Assembly: GCA_963824825.1 (NCBI GenBank)
Contig: CAWGQM010000003.1
Location: 189,638-253,637 of the forward strand
Source: an uncultured Alphaproteobacteria bacterium
Lineage (GTDB): Bacteria; Pseudomonadota; Alphaproteobacteria; Sphingomonadales; Sphingomonadaceae
DNA: 64,000 nucleotides
Reading direction: 5' to 3'
The translations under genes and the position numbers were made by a program. Below the pieces are notes generated by a model, which was not told where the DNA came from, searched no databases, and worked only from the letters and a program-made list of their open reading frames with translations. Every line of letters begins with the position of its first letter. The stretch's first letter is position 1. Below are positions 12,945-22,201 of the stretch, one piece after another.

Positions 12945-14240
12945 GTGAGGAAAATCTGGATCATGGCGGCCCTGGCCGCCCTCGCGGGATGCTCGAATCA
13001 GCAAGGCGGGGCGGAGCCGGCGGCGGACGCGGTGGCCGAGCTTCGCGCCGCGGCGGCCGATCCCGGCGTCGCCCGCTTCTACGCGGCGCGCGGCTGGCGG
13101 ACCGCGTGGAGCGACGAGAGCGCGGCGGCGCTCGAGGCGGCGATCGGCCAGGCCGAACAGCACGGGCTCGATCCCGCCGCCTTCCGGCCCCGAATCGCGG
13201 ACGGCGCCTCGCCCGCCGAGCGCGACTCGGCGCTCACCAAGGCGGCGCTCGCTTATGCCGGGGCGCTCGCCCGCGGCCGCGCCGATCCGGCGCGGCTGCA
13301 CAGCCCGTACACGATCCCGCGGCCCGAGCCGGATTTGATCGCCGGCCTCAACGGCGCGCTCGACGATCCCGGCGCGTGGCTCGCCGGCCTCGCCCCGCAG
13401 GACGACGAATATCGGCTGCTCTCCCAGGCCTATGTCGAGGCTCGCCGGCAGATCGCCGGAGCGCAGGGCGCCGCGCCGGCCGCGCTGGTCGCCAACGCCC
13501 GAACGCTGGCGGTCAATCTCGAGCGCCGCCGCTGGCTGGAGCGCAATGCGCCGGCGACGCGGATCGACGTCAACACCGGCGCGGCGACGCTCATTTACTG
13601 GCGCGACGGCCGGGTCGCCGACGCCCGGCGGGTGGTGGTCGGCGAGCCGGGCAACGAGACGCCCGGCCTTTCCTCGCCGCTCTACCGGCTCGTCGCCAAC
13701 CCGACCTGGACGGTGCCGCGCTCGATCGAGGAGGAAGAGATCGTCCCCAAGGGCGAGGCCTATATGGCGCGCAACGACATGGCGCGGCGCGACGGCCGGA
13801 TCGTGCAGCAACCGGGCCCGCGCAATTCGCTCGGCCTGGTCAAGTTCGACATGCAGAACGAGCACGCCATCTACCTGCACGACACGCCCGCCAAGGCCCT
13901 GTTCGGCGAGGCTGAGCGGCACGCCAGCCATGGCTGCGTCCGGGTCCAGGACGCGCTCGGCTTCGCCCGCCTGATCGCGACCCACGAAGGCGTGCTCGAG
14001 GAATGGGAGCGCGCCCGCGTCAAGGACGAGGACGAAGAGGAGCAATATGAGGAGGCGTTCGTCACCCTGCCGCGCCCGATCCCGGTCCGCCTGCTCTATC
14101 ACACCGCCTGGGTCGAGAACGGCCGGGTGGTGATCGCGGCGGACGCCTATGGCTGGGACGACGACGTCGCCCGGGCGCTCGGCCTTCCCGCCGGCCCGCG
14201 CCGCGCCGCCCAGCGCCGCGAACGGGACATGGGTCCTTGA
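12945..14240 (+). CDS. L,D-transpeptidase (YcbB/LdtD-like) lipoprotein
   Basis: GTG after GGAGA; lipobox LAGC; NPTWTVP, QQPGPRNSLGLVKF, IYLHDTP, ASHGCVRV. Confidence 0.9.
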   Translation: MRKIWIMAALAALAGCSNQQGGAEPAADAVAELRAAAADPGVARFYAARGWRTAWSDESAAALEAAIGQAEQHGLDPAAFRPRIADGASPAERDSALTKAALAYAGALARGRADPARLHSPYTIPRPEPDLIAGLNGALDDPGAWLAGLAPQDDEYRLLSQAYVEARRQIAGAQGAAPAALVANARTLAVNLERRRWLERNAPATRIDVNTGAATLIYWRDGRVADARRVVVGEPGNETPGLSSPLYRLVANPTWTVPRSIEEEEIVPKGEAYMARNDMARRDGRIVQQPGPRNSLGLVKFDMQNEHAIYLHDTPAKALFGEAERHASHGCVRVQDALGFARLIATHEGVLEEWERARVKDEDEEEQYEEAFVTLPRPIPVRLLYHTAWVENGRVVIAADAYGWDDDVARALGLPAGPRRAAQRRERDMGP

Positions 14241-14289
14241 TGTCCGGCGCCGCGACAGGCTAGACCGGCCGCGCAACGCCCGGAGGCCC

Positions 14290-14706
14290 ATGATGAAGCT
14301 GTTCGCATTCGCATTCGCGCTGGCGGTCGCCGCGCCCGCCGCCGCCCAGAGCGCGCCGGCGGCGCAGCACCAGGACCATAGCCAGCACCAGCAGCAGGGC
14401 CAGCATCAGCAGGGCCAGCATCAGCAGGGTCAGCATCAGCAGGGTCAGCATCAGCAGGGTCAGCATCAGCAGGGTCAGCATCAGCAGGGTCAGCATCAGC
14501 AGGGTCAGCATCAGCAGGGCCAGCATCAGCAGGGTCAGCATCAGCAGGGCCAGCATCAGGCGCATGGCGACTGCTGCGCCGACCGCAACGGCAACGGCCG
14601 GATGGACTGCTGCGAGGCTATGGCCGAGGCGGGCGACCGCCGCGGCTGCTGCCCGGAGCAGGCGCCGGCGTCCCCGGCGCAGCCGCAGGGGCATGACGGC
14701 CACTGA
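14290..14706 (+). CDS. Secreted Gln/His-rich repeat protein with three Cys-Cys pairs
   Basis: RBS GGAGG; signal peptide MMKLFAFAFALAVAAPAAA; (QQGQH)x11; DCCADRNGNGRMDCC ... GCC ... GHDGH. Confidence 0.8.
   Translation: MMKLFAFAFALAVAAPAAAQSAPAAQHQDHSQHQQQGQHQQGQHQQGQHQQGQHQQGQHQQGQHQQGQHQQGQHQQGQHQQGQHQQGQHQAHGDCCADRNGNGRMDCCEAMAEAGDRRGCCPEQAPASPAQPQGHDGH
14392..14556 (+). repeat. 15-bp coding tandem repeat, 11 copies (CAGCAGGGYCAGCAT)
   Basis: Counted directly; units differ only at the Gly third position. Confidence 0.95.
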
Positions 14707-14754
14707 GGCGCTTCGAACGAGGGCGGCGGCTCCGGCTGCCGCCCTCGATCGGTG

Positions 14755-15210
14755 TCAGTGGCAGCGCTTGAGGTCGCGCTTGATCAGCCAGTAATTGACC
14801 GGCCAGGCGGCAAGGAAGCCGGCGGGGATGGCGAAGACCAGCCCGCGGACGAACATCCAGGAGAAGATCGAAGGGGCGGCCATGCCGCCCATTTGATAGT
14901 CCACGAAGTTCATCACGATTTCCATGACGCCGATCGAGACGACCTCGCCGACCCAGATGATGCGGAGCGCGGCGAAGAAGCCGATGCCGCGGCTCCTCAT
15001 CACCGGGACGAGGCCGAGGGTCATGCCGGAGGCATAAGCGAGCGCGGTCGCCAGCACGATCGTCTGCCAGGCGGCGAGGCCGAGGCTCACGCTGATGGCG
15101 AGGCCGGCAAGCTCGCCGATGACGCAGCCGGCGAGGCAGTGAAGCGTCGCTTGGGCCGATACCGCCAGTGGGCTGCCGCCGTGGCCGTGATGGGAATGGG
15201 CGTGAGCCAT
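14755..15210 (-). CDS. DUF4396-like membrane protein with His-rich N-terminus
   Basis: MAHAHSHHGHG, ATLHCLAGCVIGE, GFLAAWPVNYWLIKR. Confidence 0.8.
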   Translation of the reverse strand: MAHAHSHHGHGGSPLAVSAQATLHCLAGCVIGELAGLAISVSLGLAAWQTIVLATALAYASGMTLGLVPVMRSRGIGFFAALRIIWVGEVVSIGVMEIVMNFVDYQMGGMAAPSIFSWMFVRGLVFAIPAGFLAAWPVNYWLIKRDLKRCH

Positions 15211-15224
15211 GGATATTCTCTCCT

Positions 15225-15269
15225 ATATACCCCTATGAGGTATATTGACGTATACCCCCATAGGGCATA
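15225..15269. promoter_or_regulatory. Two CsoR/RcnR-type operators in a divergent promoter
   Basis: ATATACC-CCTATGA-GGTATAT (15225-15245) and TATACCCCCATAGGGCATA (15251-15269) flanking TTGACG. Confidence 0.8.
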
Positions 15270-15302
15270 TTGCAATCAAGCAGGCGAAAAAATGGAGAAA
15301 TC

Positions 15303-15578
15303 ATGGAACGGGAAAATAAGACGAAGCTGCTCAACCGCCTGAGCCGGATCGAAGGCCAGGTTCGGGGCGTTGCCCGGATGGTCGAGGAGGACCGCTACTG
15401 CATCGACGTGCTCACCCAGCTCCAGGCCGTTCGCGCCGCTTTGTCGCGGGTCGAGACGGAGATGCTGAAGGACCATCTCGGCCATTGCATCGAGGCCGCG
15501 ATCACCGGCGGCGACGCCGCGGAGCAGCGCGAGAAGGCCGGCGAGCTCATCCAGCTCCTGGAACGGAGTGCAAGATGA
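15303..15578 (+). CDS. csoR: CsoR/RcnR family metal-sensing repressor
   Basis: LLNRLSRIEGQVRGVARMVEEDRYCIDVLTQLQAV, HLGHC (Cys-His-Cys ligand set). Confidence 0.9.
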   Translation: MERENKTKLLNRLSRIEGQVRGVARMVEEDRYCIDVLTQLQAVRAALSRVETEMLKDHLGHCIEAAITGGDAAEQREKAGELIQLLERSAR

Positions 15579-17011
15579 AGGCGATTCTCCTCGCCGCCGG
15601 CGCCAACATCGCGCTTGCGGTATCCGTGCCGGCAGTCGCGCAGCACAGCGGTCATGCGCCGTCCGCACAGCCTGTCCAGTCCGAGCCCGACCATTCCGCG
15701 CATTCCGCGCCGCAAGAGGATCGATCGCCGGCGCCCGCGCCAGCGGATCCGCAACCGGCGGATCATTCCGGCCACCAAACGGTCCCCGAGGAACCCCAGG
15801 GCGAACCCGAGGACCATGATGCGCACGCGATGCCGGGCATGGATCATCAGATGGCGGGCGCGCTCGGCGCTTATCAGATGAGCCGGGAGGCGTCGGGCAC
15901 CGCCTGGCAGCCCGACGCGTCGCGCCATGGCGGCCTGCACGCCAGCACCGGCGACTGGACGCTGATGGGCCATCTCACCCTCAACGCGGTTTACGACTGG
16001 CAGGGCGGGCCGCGCGGCGACGAGATGGGCTTCGTCTCCGGCATGGTCATGGGCATGGCGCGCCGCGACATCGGCGACGCCGGCACGGTCCAGTTCCGCG
16101 CGATGCTGAGCCCCGATCCGTTCATGGGCCGCCGCGGCTATCCGCTCCACCTCGCCTCTGGCGAGACGGCGGACGGCGTCGCTCCGCTGGTCGACCGCCA
16201 GCATCCGCACGATCTCTTCATGGAGCTGTCGGCGAGCTACAGCCACCGCCTCTCGGATCGCGCCAGCCTGTTCCTCTATGCCGGCCTCCCCGGCGAGCCC
16301 GCTTTCGGCCCGCCCGCCTTCATGCACCGCATGTCGATCATGGATTCGCCCGAGGCGCCGATCAGCCACCACTGGCTCGATTCGACCCATATCACCTTCG
16401 GCGTGATCACCGCCGGCCTGGTGGTCGGCGGTGTCAAGGTCGAAGGCTCGCGCTTCAACGGCCGCGAGCCCGACGAGCGGCGCTACAATATCGAGACCGG
16501 GCCGCTCGATTCGACCGCGCTGCGCCTGTCCTGGAACCCGACACGCGACCCTGTCGCTGCAGGCGAGCTGGGCGCATCTCGTCGGCCCCGAGCAGCTCGA
16601 GCCGGACGAGAATTCGACCCGCTGGTCGGCGAGCGCGATCTACACCCGGCCACTCGGCGCCAACGGCTGGTGGTCCACCACGCTCGCCTGGGGCCGCCGT
16701 TCCGGCGATCACGCGCAATATGACGCCTTCGTCCTCGAAAGCGCTGCCGGCCTCGGTCTCTGGACGCTGTTCGGCCGCGCCGAATATACCGAGAATAACG
16801 AGCTGGTGTCGGTCGGCGGCCATCACGGCCCGACCTTCAACGTCGGCAAGGTCTCGCTCGGCGCGATCCGGGATTTCCAGGTGGCGCCCAATGTCCGCCT
16901 CGGCGTGGGCGGCGCTTTATGCGTTGAACTTCGTTCCCGCGCCGCTCGAAGCGCTCTATGCGGGGGATCCGGAGGGCGCGATGGCCTTCATCCGCCTGCA
17001 GAGTCGATTGA
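15575..17011 (+). CDS. Exported protein, probable outer-membrane beta-barrel, with His/Met-rich N-terminal region (frameshifted; 3' end approximate)
   Basis: ATGA overlap with csoR; signal peptide, QHSGH/DHSAH/DHSGH repeats, REASGTAWQP, DRQHPHDLFMEL, HHWLDSTHITFG, amphipathic strands. Confidence 0.7.
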
Positions 17012-17027
17012 TGAGGGGAGCGCAGAG

Positions 17028-17471
17028 ATGATCCTGACGAGACGCGCCGTCATGGCCGCATTGCCGCTGATGTTCGCCGTCCGCGCCGAAGCCGCGCCGG
17101 CGCCTCTGATCCAAGTGGTGAAATCGCCGAGCTGCGGCTGCTGCAGCCTGTGGGTCGCTCATCTGCGCCGCGCCGGCTTCCGGGTCGGGGTCGCCGACGT
17201 CGCCGACGTCGGGCCGACCGCCCGGCGGCTCGGCGTGCCGGACGATTTGCGCTCCTGCCACACCGCCTCGGTCGGCGGCTATGCGATCGAGGGCCATGTC
17301 CCGGCCGGCGACATCGCGCGGCTGCTTCGCGAGCGTCCCGCCGCGTTGGGCCTCGCCGTGCCCGGCATGCCGCTCGGCTCGCCGGGCATGGAGGCCGGCG
17401 GCAGGGGTGAGCCCTACCAGACGATCCTGTTCACGCGCGGGGGACGCCGACGTGTGTTCGCGCGCCACTAA
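17028..17471 (+). CDS. DUF411/CopG-like metal-binding protein with twin-arginine-like signal
   Basis: LTRRAV, KSPSCGCC, SCHTA, EGHVP, GLAVPGMPLGSPGME. Confidence 0.88.
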   Translation: MILTRRAVMAALPLMFAVRAEAAPAPLIQVVKSPSCGCCSLWVAHLRRAGFRVGVADVADVGPTARRLGVPDDLRSCHTASVGGYAIEGHVPAGDIARLLRERPAALGLAVPGMPLGSPGMEAGGRGEPYQTILFTRGGRRRVFARH

Positions 17472-17818
17472 AGGCGGAGGCCGAACTTCGGGGCGATCCA
17501 GATCATCGCCAGATAGAGGCCGATCGTCAGCGCGCAGCCGGCGGTGAGCGCGATCCAAAACGGAACCTCCTGGCGCAGCATCAGCGGGATGAGGAGGAAC
17601 ATCGGGAGCGACGGCAACACGAACCAGAAGGTGGCTTGCGCATGCGCGGCCATCCGCACCGGATCGTGCGTGTCGCGCCATAGCCATATCATGCCCAGGA
17701 CCGAGATCAGCGGCAGGGAGGCGATCAGACCCCCGGCCCCCGGGTTGCGCTTCGCGATCTCGGACACGAGCGCGATGATGAGTCCCGAAATGACGGCTTT
17801 GAGCAGGAGATAGACCAT
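17468..17818 (-). CDS. DUF3147-like small membrane protein
   Basis: [40 protein letters not shown]. Confidence 0.8.
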   Translation of the reverse strand: MVYLLLKAVISGLIIALVSEIAKRNPGAGGLIASLPLISVLGMIWLWRDTHDPVRMAAHAQATFWFVLPSLPMFLLIPLMLRQEVPFWIALTAGCALTIGLYLAMIWIAPKFGLRL

Positions 17819-17856
17819 CTGCTTTCCCTAGCACGGAAAGGCGCGTCGCCGACCCC

Positions 17857-18609
17857 TCAGGAGCCTCCGACGCCAGGCTGCCGAGCGTTTTGCCGGAGCG
17901 CCCGCCGCCTTCGCCGCCAGGCATTGTAGCCGAGCCGGCTCGGGAACATGATGATCCCGGTGACGATCACGACGAGCGCCAATGCGGTCGCGACGATCAG
18001 CAGCGGATTGTTGAAATCCTCGTGGCCGCGCCAGTCCATGATGTGCAGGCCCCAGAGGAAATCGTAGACCCGCCACAAGGTCGAGCGCCGCGCGGTCACC
18101 GCGCCGCTATCGGCGGCGACGTAGAGCGAGCGGTTCGCGCCGTCGTCGAAATCGACCCGCCAGGCGGGCAGGGCGCCGCGATATTCGCTGTCATTGGCGG
18201 CGATGCGCTCGATCCTGACGGCGCGCGCCTCGCCTTCATGATCGGCCTCGGCGATCCGCGCCGCATAGGTCATCGGGATCGGCGACAGCGGCCGCCCGGT
18301 CGGCAGATCGTAGAGCCGCGGCCGGCCCTCGCCGCTCGAAAGCAAGGCGACCGGCCGGCCGAGCAGCGACCTCAGCTCAATTTTCTCGCCCGGAGCGACG
18401 CCCGCCGCGGCGAGCCGCCGCAGCCCCGCCGCGGCCCGATCGAGCGCCACCGGCGCCGCCGCCGCCGCGGCGATCCCGTGCTCGCTCCGCACCCGCTCGA
18501 TCGGAACGAGCGCGAAGAACAGCCCGCTGACGAACCAGAGCAGGATCTGGACCGCCATGACGAGCGCCAGCCATTTGTGGATCTTCGCCCAGATGCCCCC
18601 GCCCGCCAT
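17857..18609 (-). CDS. PepSY-associated TM domain protein
   Basis: [49 protein letters not shown]. Confidence 0.85.
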   Translation of the reverse strand: MAGGGIWAKIHKWLALVMAVQILLWFVSGLFFALVPIERVRSEHGIAAAAAAPVALDRAAAGLRRLAAAGVAPGEKIELRSLLGRPVALLSSGEGRPRLYDLPTGRPLSPIPMTYAARIAEADHEGEARAVRIERIAANDSEYRGALPAWRVDFDDGANRSLYVAADSGAVTARRSTLWRVYDFLWGLHIMDWRGHEDFNNPLLIVATALALVVIVTGIIMFPSRLGYNAWRRRRRALRQNARQPGVGGS

Positions 18610-18645
18610 TCCCCTCTCTCCCCCCGGCCGCTAGGATGCGGCGCC

Positions 18646-19292
18646 ATGACGCTCGTGCTCTACGATTATTACCGCTCCTCGGCGAGCTACCGGGTGCGGA
18701 TCGCGCTCAACCTCAAGGGCGTGGACTATGAGCGCGTTCCGATCGACCTGCTCGACGGCGCGCAGCAGGAGCGAGGCCTATCGCGCCCTCAACCCGCAGG
18801 GCTTCGTGCCGATGCTGGAGGCGGACGGCGCAGCGGATCACCCAGAGCCTCGCCATCATCGGCTGGCTCGATCGGCAATTCCCCGAGCCGCCGTTCCTGC
18901 CCGCCGATTCGCTCGATCGGGCCCATGTCGTCGCTATGGCGATGGCGATCGCGGCCGACATCCACCCGATCAACAATCTGCGCGTGCTGAAGCACCTCGC
19001 CGGCCTCGGCATCGACCAGGCCGCGCGCGACGACTGGTATCGCCACTGGATCAGGGAAGGCTTCGACGCCCTCGAAGCGCTCGCCGCGCCGCGCGCCGGC
19101 CGCCATCTGTTCGGCGACGCCGTGACCCTGGCCGACGTCTGCCTCGTGCCCGCAGATGTACAACGCGCGCCGCTTCGAGGTTCCGCTCGACGCTTATCCG
19201 ACGCTGGTCGGCGCCGATGCCGAAGCGGTCAGGCTCGACGCGTTCGCCGCCGCCCATCCGGACAGGGTCGCGCCGGACAGGGAACGAGCTAG
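18646..19292 (+). CDS. maiA: Maleylacetoacetate isomerase (GST zeta), frameshifted; 3' end approximate
   Basis: [54 protein letters not shown]. Confidence 0.9.
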
Positions 19293-19305
19293 ACTGGTCT
19301 CACAT

Positions 19306-19388
19306 CGTCATCCCGGCGAAGGCCGGGATCTCCGGGACAAGAGGTCACGGACCTTCCCGACGAGACCCCGGCCTTCGCCGGGGTGACG
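19306..19388. repeat. CGTC-type REP doublet
   Basis: CGTCATCCCGGCGAAGGCCGGGATCTC ... GAGACCCCGGCCTTCGCCGGGGTGACG. Confidence 0.85.
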
Positions 19389-19407
19389 GAAATGGAGGAG
19401 ATGGACA

Positions 19408-20228
19408 ATGGGACGTGTCGACGCAATCGCCCAGAGCATGGCCGCGGCCCACGCGCTTGCCTCGGTGGAGATCCCGCCGATGCAGGACAAGGTCAGCGCG
19501 GAGGAATGGACGATCCGCGTCGATCTCGCCGCCGCCTACCGGCTGGTCGCTCATTACGGCTGGGACGACCTCATCTTCACCCATCTCTCGGCCCGCGTGC
19601 CCGGGCCGGAGCATCATTTCCTGCTCAACCCCTATCAGCTGATGTTCGAGGAGGTCACCGCCTCGAGCCTGGTCAAGGTCGACATGAGCGGCCATCCGGT
19701 CGAGCCGACGCCGTTCATCACCAACGCCGCCGGCTTCACCATCCATTCGGCGCTGCACATGGCGCGCGAGGACGCCCAGGCGGTGATCCACCTGCACACG
19801 CCCGACGGCCAGGCGGTCGCGGCGCATGCCGAGGGGCTGCTGCCGCTGACCCAGACCGCGATGCTGATCCGCGACGAGATCGCCTATCACGATTATGAGG
19901 GCGTCGCGGTCGATCTCGACGAGCGCGCGCGGATCGTCGCCAATCTCGGCGACAAGAGCGCGATGATCTTCCGCAACCACGGCACGCTCGCGCGTCGGCG
20001 AGACGGTCGGCGAGGCGTTCCTGAAGATGTACTTCCTCGAACGCGCCTGCGAGGCGCAGGTCAAGGCGCTGTCGGCGGGCGCGGGCAATCTCAACAACCC
20101 GCCCCAGGGCACGCCCGAGGTCGCTGCCCGAGCAGGGCAAGGCGAGCCTGAAGATGGGCGCCAACCTGCTCGCCTGGCCGGCGCTGCTGCGGAAGGCCTA
20201 CCGGCTCGATCCGGGCTTCGCGAACTAG
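19408..20228 (+). CDS. Class II aldolase/adducin family protein (frameshifted)
   Basis: RVDLAAAYRLV, IFTHLSARVPG, EVTASSLVKVD, GFTIHSALH, HLHT, RNHG; ends AWPALLRKAYRLDPGFAN. Confidence 0.9.
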
Positions 20229-20245
20229 GGTCCGATCGGGCAGGC

Positions 20246-21949
20246 CTAGGCGCGCTGCCGGCGCGCCTGCATGGCCAGCGCTTCCGCCGAAGGCCTGCCG
20301 CCTCGATCCGGGTTGCGCGACGTCGTCCACGCTTTCTTGGGGAGGACGACGGAGCCGGTCAGCAGAAAATCATGCGGCACGCCGAGGCCCGCGTTGGTGT
20401 CGAAGGTGATCACCGATTGTCCAGGGAACAGCAGGTTCGTCGCGGCGAAGAAGTTGAGCGTGCGGAGATCGAAGGAAACGCCCGGCAGGACGGGCGCGAC
20501 CGCGGTTTGCACGGCGTTGACCACTGCGGCCGAGGCAGAACCGTTCCAGCAGCTGTCGCTATGTCCCGGGTCCACCGACACGCCATAGTCGCCCGCCGAT
20601 ATGCCGAAGGCGATGGTCAGGCTTGTCTGCCCGAGCGTGACGCACTGGGAAAAGGGAATCGTCTTGGCGAGCGTCACCGTTCCTGTCGCCGTCGCGTTGA
20701 AATCGATCATCCAGCCGGCCTTGGACCCTCCCCACGCCAGGGCCTGATAATTCTGCTGTTCCGAGAAATTGTTGCTGATCGTCAGCGACGCGGGCGAGGA
20801 TGATGAGAAGGAGAGCGTGTAGGGATAGTTCAGGAAATTCAGCGTTACACTGTCCATCTCGATCAAGTCCTGGCCCTGCATCCAGTTTCCGCCGAACGCC
20901 TCGGTGCTGATCATAACGCTTTGGTTGACGGGCACGGTGTAGGTGGCCTGGCCGCCAACGCATGCGGCCTGCGGGTAGCTCGGCTGGATGTAGCCGCTCA
21001 GGATGAACGAGGGCGAGAAGATCAAGGTCGCGCTGTGGTCGGCGGCGATCAGCGCGGTCTGCACGACGGGCGGCACGAGCCCGGTGCCGGAGGCGCTGGC
21101 GGCGATGAACAGGCTCAGCACGCCGGTTCCATCTGAGGTGATGTGGGTGGCGATGGAAAAGGCGGTCGGCTGGATCGTATCCTGGCCTGGGGCGGGGGCC
21201 GGATCGACGCCGGTCAGCGCGTAGTCGATTTCCTTCACGTCTTTCGCGAAATAGCTTTGCACGGCAGTCAGGACATATTCCAGCATCGAACCGACGGGCG
21301 GGGTGGGATCGACCCGCCAGCTGATTTCGGCCGGGTCGGTGGTGTTGAAGTGAAGGACGACGGAGGCGTGGCCGGATGTCGGTGCGAAGGTCACCACGCC
21401 GTCCGGGCCCTGGGCCGAGCTCCCGTCGCCGTTGATCGCGAGCAATGAAACCTCGGCGATGAGATTGTTCCCCGCGGGAATCGTCTGCGGCGAGCCTGCC
21501 GGGCCGCCGTCCGGGGTGATCGTATAGGTCCCGCCCACGATCGCCATGGTCACCTGGCACTGGCCGGTCGCGGTGAACTGCAGCTGCGGCTGGTCGAGCT
21601 CAACCGTCCCGGCGATGGTAAAGTGCTGGCCTCCAACCGGGTCGACGCCAGTACCGCAGAACGGAACGCTCGTCTGTTCCGGGATGGCCGGAGTTCCGTT
21701 GAGCAGCCGGTTGAGATCGGCGAGATTGTAGGAGCAGACCATGTCCCAGCCTTGGCAGACAGAGCCGCCAAAAGCGGTCAGCTCCGTCATCAAGCCGGGC
21801 CAGTCCGGCGGCAGCGAATTGCCCGCGGCCGCGTCGATAAGCATGATGGCGGCATCGCCCTTGGCCGCGGCCGAATCGAGCCGCGCCTCCGCCTCGCCGG
21901 TCCGCGGGGACAATGTGGGCTGGTCGGTTCCCAGGGTCGTCGCCGACAT
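20246..21949 (-). CDS. Hypothetical beta-rich protein, possibly P47/OrfX2 (TULIP)-like
   Basis: Uninterrupted 567-codon ORF after RBS AGAGGA; GWDMVCSYNLADLNRLL near N-terminus; FAATNLLFPG near C-terminus. Confidence 0.55.
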   Translation of the reverse strand: MSATTLGTDQPTLSPRTGEAEARLDSAAAKGDAAIMLIDAAAGNSLPPDWPGLMTELTAFGGSVCQGWDMVCSYNLADLNRLLNGTPAIPEQTSVPFCGTGVDPVGGQHFTIAGTVELDQPQLQFTATGQCQVTMAIVGGTYTITPDGGPAGSPQTIPAGNNLIAEVSLLAINGDGSSAQGPDGVVTFAPTSGHASVVLHFNTTDPAEISWRVDPTPPVGSMLEYVLTAVQSYFAKDVKEIDYALTGVDPAPAPGQDTIQPTAFSIATHITSDGTGVLSLFIAASASGTGLVPPVVQTALIAADHSATLIFSPSFILSGYIQPSYPQAACVGGQATYTVPVNQSVMISTEAFGGNWMQGQDLIEMDSVTLNFLNYPYTLSFSSSSPASLTISNNFSEQQNYQALAWGGSKAGWMIDFNATATGTVTLAKTIPFSQCVTLGQTSLTIAFGISAGDYGVSVDPGHSDSCWNGSASAAVVNAVQTAVAPVLPGVSFDLRTLNFFAATNLLFPGQSVITFDTNAGLGVPHDFLLTGSVVLPKKAWTTSRNPDRGGRPSAEALAMQARRQRA

Positions 21950-22201
21950 TTTTCCTCTCCTTTTCCTGATGATTCTCCGGTACAAAGTAAGGCTAAAATC
22001 ATGACTTGTCTTATTTATTTACGACATTTGAGAATGATTGAGTTTTCTCGATGTAAATCATGCTCTCGAAATAAAAATGACTTTTGCCTTTCTTGGGCTT
22101 GAGAGCGACGGTCATCCCCACGTTGATCTCCGCAGTATTGCCCTTCATAACGGGTCTTACCCGTCGGCCGGGAACAAGGCTGGGACATCAGGGAGGGCGG
22201 C

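Noticed and set aside
14392-14556. 15-bp repeat as a CRISPR array
   Set aside because: Contiguous in-frame units with no spacers and no cas genes
14260-14703. Antisense (LLMLT)n hydrophobic ORF
   Set aside because: Reverse reading of the QQGQH repeat; the plus strand has the RBS, signal peptide and wobble-position variation
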